From the NCBI GenBank assembly GCA_964016885.1, contig OZ024740.1:22444001-22508000 (forward strand): a DNA stretch of 64,000 nucleotides, written 5' to 3'. This DNA is from Eledone cirrhosa. Its lineage: Eukaryota. Below, piece by piece: positions 30,511-40,552 of the stretch; within the stretch, counting starts at the first letter, position 1; each line of letters starts with the position of its first letter. Position numbers and translations under genes: made by a program. The notes beneath the pieces were generated by a model, which was not told the origin of the DNA, searched no databases, and saw only the letters and a program-made list of their open reading frames with translations.

Positions 30511-31980
30511 TCTATATATATAAAACTGTGGTTGTCTGTCTGTCTATCGATTTTTGGCACACATCTCCTCTTAGAATCTCTCACGGAATTGCACCCAAAT
30601 TGCTATACTTGTACATTGAGCCCTAGCGAAGACATCGGAAAAAAAAAATTTCAAATTGACCCACCCTATGTGACGAAATCGAATATAATGTATCGATTTT
30701 TGAGCGTAAGTGATCAGTTATTTCCCTTTGTTCTGTTTACATTGAGCGTCTGCGTGCAAAAATTAAAAAAATTACGCTGGCTTTCTCAGCGTTTAAAATG
30801 ACATTAACACAATAATTTTTACTTGAAAACAAGTCTATTTAAAGACTACGTAAAACAAGCAAATATTTCGTAAAAAAAAGCAAAAATTATATAAGTTTAT
30901 TTAAAATATATGTATCTGTAAATTTCGTTACGCGTGCAGTCAGTTTTATATATATCGATGATAAACAATAATAACCTCTATGAGGTCACTAAACCTGCTA
31001 GAAACAGCAGCTAACTCTCCCTCATATCACACCACTCCCTACTGTCTTAAATTTAGAAAACACATATCCTCTATGAGGTTACTAAACCTGCTAGAAACAG
31101 CAGCTAACTCTCCCTCATATCACACCACTCCCTACTGTCTTAAATTTAGAAAACACATATCCTCTATGAGGTTACTAAACCTGCTAGAAACAGCAGCTAA
31201 CTCTCCCTCATATCACACCACTCCCTACTGTCTTAAATTTAGAAAACACATATCCTCTATGAGGTTACTAAACCTGCTAGAAACAGCAGCTAACTCTCCC
31301 CCATATCATACCCCTCCCTACTGTCTTAAATTTAGAAAACATATCTTCTATGAGGTCACTAAACCTGCTAGAAACAGCAGCTAACTCTCCCTCATATCAC
31401 ACCCCTCCCTACTGTCTTAAATTTAGAAAACATATCTTCTATGAGGTCACTAAACCTGCTAGAAACAGCAGCTAACTCTCCCTCATATCACACCACTCCC
31501 CACTGTCTTAAATTTAGAAAACACATATCCTCTATGAGGTCACTAAACCTGCTAGAAACAGCAGCTAACTCTCCCTCATATCACACCACTCCCTACTGTC
31601 TTAAATTTAGAAAACACATATCCTCTATGAGGTCACTAAACCTGCTAGAAACAACAGCTAACTCTCCCTCATATCACAACCCTCCCTACTGTCTTAAATT
31701 TAGAAAACACACAGACAACCATGCAGAACAACTCCATCGCAGCTCTGTTGTTCGGCTGGTATCGTCTACTCGCGTGTTGCGCAAGTACTGTGAAACAATA
31801 AATTTCAACACTTTTTTGCACAGAGATAATATCCATAGGCGAAACTACAATTGTCACTGCTGGCGCAGCTCATGCTTCCAGGTCTGCAATTCATTCACCC
31901 AGTGCCTGGTAGACAAAAAAGTGCTGCAACCTAACTTTGGTAACTTAATGACCCCGAGCAACGCCGGGCTTTAATGCTAG
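30511..31980 (+). mobile_element. Non-autonomous Helitron, copy 1 (1470 bp)
   Basis: 5' end A|TCTATATATATAAAAC. 3' hairpin CCCGAGCAACGCCGGG (31953-31968) followed by CTAG at 31977-31980. No RepHel ORF. Confidence 0.88.
30977..31711. repeat. Tandem repeat, 91-93 bp x ~8, inside Helitron copy 1
   Basis: Unit atgaggtcactaaacctgctagaaacagcagctaactctccctcatatcacaccactccctactgtcttaaatttagaaaacacatatcctct starts at 30980, 31073, 31166, 31259, 31350, 31441, 31534 and 31627. Confidence 0.97.
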
Positions 31981-32977
31981 TCTATATAAAACTGTGGTTG
32001 TCTGTCTGTCTATCGATTTTTGGCACACATCTCCTCTTAGAATCTCTGACGGAATTGCACCGAAATTGCTATACTTGTACATTGAGCCCTAGCGAAGACA
32101 TCGAAAAAAAAATATCTCAAATTGACCCACCCTATGTGACGAAATCGAATATAAGGTATCGATTTTTGAGCGTAAGTTATCAGTTATTTCCCTTTGTTCT
32201 GTTTACATTGAGCGTCTTACGTAAAAAATTACGCTGGCTTTCTCAGCGTTTAAAATGACATTAACACAATACACGAACAGTTGTCGAGCCAGCAAAATAT
32301 TGACCTGCAAAATTCATCAGTTCGAACACTAAGCTTCCGTTTTGCTTCATTTCCATTTAAAAGCATTTTAAAACAATATTTTTACTTGAAAACAAGTCTA
32401 TTTAAAGACTACGTAAAACAAGCAAATATTTCGTCGTTAGGCGTGCAGACAGACAGTCGTGCAGACAGACAGTCGTGCAGACAGACAGTCGTGCAGAGAG
32501 GTGATATACGCGTGCAGACAGATAGTCGTGCAGAGAGGTGATATAGGCGTACAGACAGACAGTCGTGCAGAGAGGTGATATAGGCGTGCAGACAGACAGT
32601 CGTGCAGAGAGGTGATATAGGCGTGCAGACAGACAGTCGTGCAGAGAGGTGATATAGGCGTGCAGACAGACATAACTGATAATTTGGTTACGCTAATGTT
32701 TTTCTCTGCGTTGCAGTGTTTACATTTTCGATCTTTGTTAATAAATAACCAGTGCAGTTTCTATCCCCAGCATCCTCTTTTGTTATAACATTCGGGTTAT
32801 CGTTATGTTTTCTTAACTTCATAAGGCATATTGTTGGTTGAGGGAATATTAATAAAAAACATCACATGCAAGTCTGCACAGTAGACACTACAGTTTTTAA
32901 GCCAAGAAAGAAACTTAACATTGTAACTTTAACACAGCTACTGAGCGACCCCGAGCAACGCCGGGCTTTACTGCTAG
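31981..32977 (+). mobile_element. Non-autonomous Helitron, copy 2 (997 bp)
   Basis: Starts TCTATATAAAAC directly after the CTAG of copy 1. Its 5' arm is near-identical to that of copy 1 apart from a ~105-bp indel. Same hairpin, ends CTAG|T at 32974-32978. Confidence 0.88.
32440..32672. repeat. Tandem repeat, ~37-bp unit with a 16-bp subunit, inside Helitron copy 2
   Basis: gtgcagacagacagtcgtgcagagaggtgatataggc repeated ~5 times, preceded by extra gtgcagacagacagtc subunits. Confidence 0.93.
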
Positions 32978-33171
32978 TATGTTATAAAATAAATAGGATG
33001 GGTTGGATTCTCAATATGTAAATTAAGCGACTAATTCTGGTTTTTTAAAAAATCAACCAAGACTACCTAGAAAAATTACCGACCCTACTCCTGTTTATTC
33101 CAACCCCCTATTATTTGGGACCTGAGAGTAAAAAGAAAAAAAGGTTCTATATTTAAGTTGAACTTTGTGTT

Positions 33172-33597
33172 ATTGTTTCAAGAAGGATAAAACGAAAAAT
33201 CGACCTCGTTGGGACTTGAACCTCGGTGGACTTGAACTTCGATGGACTTGAACCTCGGTGGACTTGAGCCTCGGTGGACTTGAACCTCGGTGGACTTGAA
33301 CCACGGTGGTTTGAATCTCGGTGGACTTGAACCTCCGTGGGACTTGAACCTCGGTGGGACTTGAACCTCGGTGGACTTGAGCGTCGGTGGACTTGAACCT
33401 CGGTGGACTTGAACCTCGGTGGACTTGAACCTCGGTGGGACTTGAACCTCGGCGGACTTGAACCTCCGTGGACTTGAACATCGGTGGATTTGAACCTCGG
33501 TGGACTTGAACCTCGGTAGACTTTAACCTCGGTGAACTTGAACCTCGGTGGACTTGAACCTCGGTGGATTTGAACCTTGCTGGGAATTGAACTAAAA
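33172..33597 (-). repeat. 16/17-bp tandem array (~23 copies, GTTCAAGTCC[C]ACCGAG on -) embedded in a degenerate SINE
   Basis: The + unit is ggacttgaacctcggt over 33211-33590. The minus-strand flanks (tagttcaattcccagcaagg; gaggtcgatttttcgttttatcctt) resemble the SINE B-box and core. Confidence 0.88.
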
Positions 33598-33780
33598 TCA
33601 AAAAGTCAATAAATAAATAAAGGAATATTTCTTTGATCTTCTCTTTTTACCTGTAACTCCTGATGAAGTTTGAGTCGTAGGGACGCCCTAGTAACATACG
33701 GCATTTCTTGAGCAATTTTTAAACTTGGCGGAACCCACCTCCTCTCGAGACCCTGAAGGCAATCAATTTCTTCCGGAGAA

Positions 33781-33792
33781 AGAGAAAGAGAG

Positions 33793-33857
<65 letters not shown>

Positions 33858-33884
33858 GAAAGAGTAAGAGTGATAGAGAGAGTT

Positions 33885-33922
<38 letters not shown>

Positions 33923-34174
33923 TTAGAGAGAGAATTAGAGAGAGAGAGAGAGAGATAGAGATAGTTAGAGAGAGAATTAGAGAGAGAGAGTGTGTTAGAG
34001 AGTGAGAGTTAGAGAGTGAGAGTTAGAGAGAGAAAGAAAGAGAGAGAGAGAGAGAGAGTAGGAGAGAGAGAGAGAGAGTAGGAGAGAGAGAGAGAGAGAG
34101 AGAGAAAAGGGAAAGGGAGTAAGAGAAAGAAAGGGAGAGAAGAGAGAGGGGGAAAGAGTAAGAGATAGATAGAT
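33781..34174. repeat. (GA)n microsatellite with degenerate extension
   Basis: Pure GA run at ~33798-33854, followed by interrupted GA/GATA/GTTA repeats. Confidence 0.97.
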
Positions 34175-35700
34175 ATATTTCTTTATTAGCCACAGGGGCA
34201 CAAAAGAAGGGGACAAATACAAAGGGGGGAGTTTACATACAATAAAAACGTGTAAAATGTTATCACAAATGCAATTTAAAAAGTTAGTCGATTTTCCCCA
34301 ATAGGGGGAGCATTACATGTGGGTAACACATACCCCCGAAAAAATGTGCAACCCTCATCTCCAGGAGTACGAAGAGTTTGTACTCCTTTCCTCTCCTCCT
34401 CCTTTTCCTCAACCTACAGGCTGATATAGAGAGAAAGCCCATTCACTCGGGCCATTCTCGCCACTTTATGTAGGTGAGTCCGTCCAGGAGTACACGTTGT
34501 GGGATCATAGCTATTCGCTCTCGGCCCATTTGCACCAGAACTTCAATGCTAGTCCCATTGAATACATCTCTGGGGGACTTGCCTACTGACAGTATTCTGT
34601 CTTCATCAAAATTGATGAAGCCGCACAGTATCCACCATATGTTCACCTTTGGTGTGACACTCGTGATTTTGATCTTTTGTGTCCTTTTTCCCATGTATGT
34701 AGGGAAAAAGGTGTACAGGTTGGATACAATTGGCGACACAGAGTAATTTTGGGCCGTCAATTGATCCTTCATGAGTACCGAAATACTCCCAAAAAGTTTG
34801 CTTCTTTGAATGAATGCAATATCATTCATCGAATTTTTGAAAACCAGTTCAATTTCTTTCTGTGACAATTGGACTGGTTTTCGGGTAGAATTGGAAACTG
34901 TCCTAAAAACTATCGTTTTGAGAGCAGTTTCCTTGCGAATTTCTACCGGAGAATTGATGCTGAAAGCACCATTTTTTTCGAAAGTGACATATCTCCTAGC
35001 GTCCTTTAAAAGTTGTTCGGCATTTGTTGTGTCGAGATATATCAGTTTCTCCTTTTTTTTAACTGTCTGTGCAAAGGAGATTTTGGTTTCTTTGTGGAAT
35101 CATCCGTGTTGGTGGTGTTGTCATTATTGTTGTTATTGTTGTTGTTATTCTTGTTGTCACTGATGTTGATATTATTCGTATTTTCCTTGGTGTTGGTGTT
35201 GGTGTTGTTGTTGTCTTTGATGCTGGTGTTATTGGTGTTGTCTTTATTTTTTTCTTTGTTGTTGTTATCATTGTTGTTTTTATCATCATTATTGGTGTTG
35301 CTGTTATTTTTGTTGTCATTGAACTGTTTGGTGTCATTTGTGTTGTTTGGATATGAATTTGTTTTTGCATTTTCATTTCGTCTTTCCATCTCTATAGTAT
35401 CTAGTGAAGAAGAAGATGTTGACTGCGAGCTTTGTAGTCTTGCCGCCTCTCCACCACCATTATCGTTGGACGCAGCGTTCATAACGTAATCAAACTTTTA
35501 CAATATTTTTTCCAAGATTCGATGGAGAAAAAAATTTTCAAACGGATATTTCACCCCTGTAGTGGCGAAAATGAGTTGACTACCACCTGAAGGTCCAGAC
35601 GGGTGGTCAAGTTACACAATAATATAAAATTTAACTAAAAACTCACGTTTTTTTCTTACATAAAATAACGGAAACTTCTCCGCGAAGTTACACACGTCTG
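34175..35700 (-). mobile_element. ~1.5-kb non-autonomous non-LTR element (Tx1/L1-like), ORF1-only or internally deleted
   Basis: Sharp ends inside GATA/GA repeats. The 3' end on - is tgtcccc...tgtggctaataaagaaat, shared with 40651-40690. One long frameshifted ORF and no RT. Confidence 0.7.
34443..35482 (-). pseudogene. LINE ORF1-like protein (~345 codons), one frameshift near 35100, Asn/Thr-rich N-terminus
   Basis: The ORF at 35482-35042 joins a second frame open from ~35099 (KETKISFAQTVKKKEKLIYLD...KPVQL) that runs into the 141-aa ORF at 34868-34443. SFAQTV resembles the SYA-x-V motif of LINE ORF1 proteins. Family assignment is inference. Confidence 0.55.
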
Positions 35701-35706
35701 ATAGAG

Positions 35707-35757
<51 letters not shown>

Positions 35758-35803
35758 GAGAGATAGATAGATAGAGAGAGAGAGAGCTAGAGAGAGAGAG
35801 AGG
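35701..35803. repeat. (GATA)n/(GA)n microsatellite
   Basis: Direct reading of the sequence. Confidence 0.97.
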
Positions 35804-35820
35804 AAGAATCGACAACAAAC

Positions 35821-35873
35821 TGCTACTTTTTTATCGAAAGGTAAAGTTGACCACTGCGGGATTCGAACTCAGA
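35821..35873 (-). mobile_element. Short SINE remnant
   Basis: ttttatcgaaaggtaaagttgaccactgcgggattcgaactcag is the reverse complement of a B-box plus part of the core. Confidence 0.65.
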
Positions 35874-35969
35874 TCACCAATACGACAAAACTGACTTTCT
35901 AATGGCTTTGTCAGTTTGTCGCCTACAACGTTATCACTTTTTTAAATAGTGACATATTTTAAACCCCAC

Positions 35970-36312
35970 CTTCCTCTCTCTCTCTCCCTCTCTCTCTCCC
36001 TCTCTCTTTCTATCTCTCACCCCCTCTCTCTCTCTCCCTTTCTCTCTGTCTCTCTCGCTTTCTATCTCTCTCCCTCTCTTTCTACCTCTCTCTCCTCTCT
36101 CTCTCTTTCTATCTCTCTCCCCTCTCTCTCTTTTAATTTCTCTCCCCTTCTCTCTTTTTCTATCTCTCTCTCCCCTCTCTCTTTTAATTTCTTTCCCCGT
36201 CTCTCTCCTTCTATCTCTCTCCCTCTCTCTCTTTCTATCTCTCCTCCTCTCTCTCTCTTTCTATCTCTCTCCCTCTCTCTCTTTCCATCTCTCACCTTCC
36301 CTCTTCCTATCT
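35970..36312. repeat. Degenerate (TC)n pyrimidine tract
   Basis: Direct reading of the sequence. Confidence 0.95.
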
Positions 36313-36315
36313 CCG

Positions 36316-36690
36316 ACACCACTCCACTCCACCCCACCCACTCCATCCCCACTCCACTCCATTCCACCCACCCCACCCACTCCACCCACTCCACTCCACC
36401 CCACTCCACCCCACTCCACCCCACTCCACCCACTCCACCCACTCTACCCCACTCCACCCACTCCACCCACCCCACCTTGCTTTACCCCACTCCACTTCAC
36501 CCCAATCCCCCACGGTCCACTCCACTCCACCACACTCCACCACACTCCACTCCACTCCACTCCACGTCACTTTACCCCACCCCACTCCACCCTACCCGGT
36601 CCCACCCAATCCACCCCACCCACCCACTTCACTCCACCATACTCCACACCTCACCACTCCACCCACCCATAACACTCCACTCCACTTTAC
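36316..36690. repeat. Degenerate (CCACT/CCACC)n pentanucleotide repeat
   Basis: ccactccactccaccccacccactcc... Confidence 0.93.
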
Positions 36691-37610
36691 ATGTTACATG
36701 TCTCATTCACTGTTTCTACCTCATTCTCCTCATCAGCCTTACCTCCTCTTCTACTCCACTACGTTTCTCTACTCTACTACAAACTATCGTCTTCAAGGCA
36801 AACTACCAACATACCTCACTCTGTACAATTTAGTAAACAACAAACAAAGGAACCAGACCAGAAACAACTACTGTAGAAACTAACGACGTGTCGTCTGCTT
36901 TATTGAAACCACCATTTATTTGTATAAAGCTAAAAAAAACAAAAAAAAACATAACAAACAAAACAATACAAAATAAACAAACAAAACACAACACACACGT
37001 TATTTTGTTATTTTTAAGATGGATTCTTTAAATATGAATTAATATTGGTCTTGTGGTGACCATTAGCGGCTCTTAGACACTTTTATTGTCAGTCTAGATG
37101 TTGTCACTTGTAACAACAAACGTCTATTATGTCTGTCTTGGTTGACATCCGGGCGGTGATTCTACCGAGACTTGAGTCACATGGTTCACTCCACCCGACT
37201 CTCGCTTAACAAATATTACTATGCAAATAGCATTTCACAGATAACAGACAATAGTATTTTAAGAATGAATGAACTGCTCAGATTTTCAACACAAATACTG
37301 ATAGCGGACATTATTATAAGCATCAATTTGAGAGAATCAATACACCTCTTTCTTCTTTTTCTCAAATTGATGTTTATAATTGTTTGATATCTCAACACAA
37401 TATACGATATCATAGATAACACACAATGGTATATTAGAGATAACATACAATAGAATATCGCAGATATAACAGATATCACAGCAATATTATTCCTACAGTT
37501 AAGATTCAGTAACATTTTAAAGATAACATAACCATATATCGCAGCTACCACACAATATAGAATATTTTCGACACCAACACACCTATATATCAATATTATT
37601 TTACAGATAA

Positions 37611-37798
37611 GGGCGGTGGATTGGCAGTATCGGTAGAGGGTCGGACGCCATGCTTTGACGCACAGAGTTACGGCCCTTGCCATTCTGAGTTCAAATCCCG
37701 CCGAGGTTAACTTTGCCTTTCATCCTTACGGGGTCGATAAAATAAAGTACCGGTAATGTACTGGGGTAATTGCTGGCCTTGTGCCAAAAGTAGAAACA
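37611..37798 (+). mobile_element. Full-length tRNA-derived SINE with perfect 16-bp target site duplication
   Basis: A-box tggcagtatcgg (37622-37633), B-box gagttcaaatccc (37687-37699), core tttgcctttcatccttacggggtcgataaaataaagtacc and tail ggccttgtgccaaaagtagaaac. TSD ATTATTTTACAGATAA at 37595-37610 and 37799-37814. Confidence 0.93.
37622..37699 (+). promoter_or_regulatory. Pol III type-2 internal promoter (A and B boxes) of the SINE
   Basis: TGGCAGTATCGG and GTTCAAATCC fit the TRGCNNARYNGG-like and GTTCRANNC consensus. Activity is unknown. Confidence 0.7.
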
Positions 37799-37917
37799 AT
37801 TATTTTACAGATAACGTATAATAAAATAATTCTTGCATAGGCACAATGTTAGGAACTCGGAGAATGAGGATACAGTCAATCATAACGATATCAGTAATTA
37901 ACTTGGGTCTATTTTAT

Positions 37918-38027
37918 CGGCGAATTGGTAGTGCCGTTCAAACGTCGGATAGAATGCTTTGAAGTATTCGTTCCAGCTCTCTGCTCTCTGAGTTCAAATG
38001 ACACCGAGGTCAACTTTACCTTTCATA
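37918..38027 (+). mobile_element. Older SINE, 5' half only
   Basis: ggcgaattggtagtgccgtt...cgtcggatagaatgcttt...ctgagttcaaatgacaccgaggtcaactttacctttcat. Confidence 0.8.
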
Positions 38028-39175
38028 CGTTCTTAAGATTGCTCTTACTCTGCAGTAACATTCCTTTCTTATCCTTTCCCTCATTGCCGAGTGTTTGATT
38101 CCGTCTCCTTCACAAACACCTAGATATTTGTAAGTTTCTTCTTGATCAAGTTCTCTTATCACATTCCCCCGATCAAGATTAATGTCTAAACTTTTCAGTA
38201 GCTTTCCTCTGATGAACGTGGCTTTGGCGTATTTATCTAGTCCAAACTCCATTTAAAAATCATCACTGAACTGCTTCACAGATTGCTCATCATTTTTTGC
38301 AAATAGTTTCAGGTCATCCATGTAGAACAAGTGATTAATGGTTTTGTCATAGACTTTATATCCATGTTTTGTTTCATTAAGCATTTTATTTAATGGTATA
38401 AGTGCGATGCAGAATAAAAGCGGTGATAAAGAGTCACCCTGGAAAATTCCACAATTCATATTAACAGCTTCCAGTGATTTTTTTTCACTATTCAAAATGA
38501 GTGTTGTTTTCCATGTCTTCATACTGAATGACAGGAACCTCCTGACAATGGGAGACATTTTGAAAATCTCTAAACACTTTTCAATCCAACTGTGTGGCAA
38601 ACTATCAAATGCTTTTTTGTAATCTTTCCAAGCAATTGATAGATTTTTCTGTCTATTATGACAATCTTCTAGAATCATTTGTTAGTCAAAAGCTGATCCT
38701 TACAGCCATATGAGCCTCGTTTAATCCTTTCTGCTCATTGGAAATACATCATTTGCTGTCAGGTGATCATATGTATATTCAGTTAGGATTGATGTTAAGA
38801 TTTTATACATTGTGGTCAAGCAAGTTATCGGTCTGTAAAATTTGGGATTATTTGTCTCATCATTCTTCGGAAAGTATTGCCGTTAACTAGCCATGATGGT
38901 ATCTTTTCTGGCTCCTTAACTATTTCATTGTAAAGTTGGGCTAACAGCTCATGAGACTCTGTAAAGGCATTTATCAAAAGATTTGGTATTTTGTCTTTTC
39001 CTGGGGATTTCCATTTGCTGGATTTTCTAAGAGCTGAACGCAGATGTTCAACGGTTATATTTTCCCATGTTTGTTCCTGAAGGTGGGCTGTATCTTTCAT
39101 TTGTCTGTCTATCCATGGAGCATGTATATTACGAGCGTTCTCTTCGGCCCAGATCTTTTTGCAAAATTCTTGCAC
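38016..39175 (-). pseudogene. Reverse transcriptase domain, frameshifted
   Basis: The YMDD catalytic motif and QGDSLSP are spread over three broken ORFs (39175-38825, 38678-38253, 38252-38016). Confidence 0.92.
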
Positions 39176-40541
39176 TTCCTACTTGGGTGGTATTGATTTA
39201 GCAGTTATTGTTGACTTGCCAATTTTTCTGTAGAAGTCTTTTTGGTTGTTTTTGAACATATTATTGTCCTTATAGAATCTAGAGCGTTTTTCAAAGCGCC
39301 TTATACGAGCAGCTTTAGCCGACACTTTTTGCTTGATTGTTTCTATTATCATGTCTATATCGCTTGTTGATTTTATATTGTATTTCCTTTTCAATTTTCT
39401 AGTTTAGTCTGTTTAACATGTTCACCGACTTTGTAGTTTGCTAAAATTTATATGTCAGATCAGAGAATGTTTATTTGGCGATAGATGTTCTCTTGCCAAA
39501 TAGGTTTTTTGTGGGGATTCCTTTGTTTTTTCATTTTCACTCCACATAAGTGAGTTTAGCCGATGCATAATAAAGATGATTTAGTTCAGTAGTATTTAGT
39601 TTATTTGTGGTGATAATGTCTTTGAGAGCTATGCAAGTCTTGCGTATTATCCTCTGGTTTTGTTTGACGTTCTGGATTTTAGGGAGGGTGTCTCGTTCCT
39701 CCATGTCAGATTCTTTCATTTTCCTCCATTCAATCATAATTTCATTCTTCAAGCTGGCGAGTTCATTCGCATTCATTTCTTTATCATTGATCTGTTCATT
39801 GTTTTCATTTTGATTTCATCTTGAACATGCACTCCTTCTACTTTTTCGATCCTTTCTTTAATTTGTTCTGTTGTCAGTGATTTCGTACCCACCCTGGGAT
39901 CTAAGGTGTTACAATTTACTTTGTTTTCACTGACACATGTTTCATTTTCCTTTCGGTGACTTTGCGCTAATTGCTTGATCTGATCAATTTCTATATCAGT
40001 TAGTAACTTCTTCTTAATGTTTCTTCGGGTATTAACTAGTTTGTTACTGTCAATATAGTCTCTGTTTTCAGGATGTTTCTTTTTCCAGTTGATATATGTT
40101 TGTTCTATATTCGATCTATTTGATGGGCAGTACATGGCTGTCTAGAAAACCCCAAGGACTTTATTGTCTTCCCTTGACCATTTTTCTCTCTCCTTCTCTG
40201 GATTTCTAGGTGGTGAGCATGGAGGGCCATCAGTTGGAGTATTCCAGTTATGGGAGGTCTCCAGCTTCGAAAGTTTGAACCATTTGCCGATTTTTCGACC
40301 CAAGTCTGGTTACTCTTTGAGTGACGCGGTCCTTGTTGACCCGGATGACGGCCGATCCAGTATGAGTTTTTATTATTTGACATTGGATTTATTTTGTTGC
40401 GTTTTATCCTTAACCGCCAAGGGGTAATTATTTCGAGTTGCCACTCCTAGGACGAGTGTCAACCAAGACTAGGGGGTTCGTCCTGCCCATGAGACACGGC
40501 TATTCTCCGCCGGTCGCCAATCCGGTATTTCTTGATCACGG
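38028..40541 (-). mobile_element. Decayed R4/Dong-like non-LTR retrotransposon (N-terminal region plus RT), 3' part missing
   Basis: Collinear ORF fragments from 40383 to 38016 carry WKSPGKDKIPN, AWKDYKKAFDSLPHSWI, GIFQGDSLSPLLF, HLFYMDDLKLF, MEFGLDK and YKYLG. Many frameshifts and stops. No AP-endonuclease N-terminus, and no C-terminal CCHC/RLE is present. Confidence 0.88.
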
Positions 40542-40552
40542 TTTTTTTTTAT

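Larger units (their letters stand above)
30287..33130. mobile_element. Old MITE-like DNA transposon (~380 bp of its own sequence) interrupted by the two Helitrons
   Basis: Left end ttctgtcgggtctcgaatagt matches the reverse complement of the right end attatttgggacctgagagta at 15/21 positions. C-run subterminal motifs occur on both sides (ccccgcttattaaatttt; tattccaaccccctatt). Confidence 0.55.

Noticed and set aside
30980-31974. ORFs with 31-aa repeats (MRSLNLLETAANSPSYHTT...)
   Set aside because: A by-product of a 93-bp unit divisible by 3. The 91-bp units break the frame, and the array lies in a non-autonomous Helitron.
30532-32258. Duplicated 89/94-aa ORFs as a paralogous gene pair
   Set aside because: They are the shared Helitron 5' arms and show no recognisable domain.
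33655-33740. Hammerhead ribozyme suggested by CTGATGA and an aagttt/aaactt stem
   Set aside because: No GAAA follows the stem, and stems I and III are not evident.
35949-36833. 294-aa ORF and other SL/RE/PTPLH-rich ORFs (also 33995, 42505, 43011)
   Set aside because: Microsatellite translations.
37219-37683. 154-aa hydrophobic minus-strand ORF
   Set aside because: It starts inside a SINE and runs through low-complexity AT-rich DNA with no motif.
37611-37710. tRNA gene
   Set aside because: A and B boxes are present, but there is no cloverleaf. The sequence continues into a multi-copy core and tail with a TSD, so it is a SINE.
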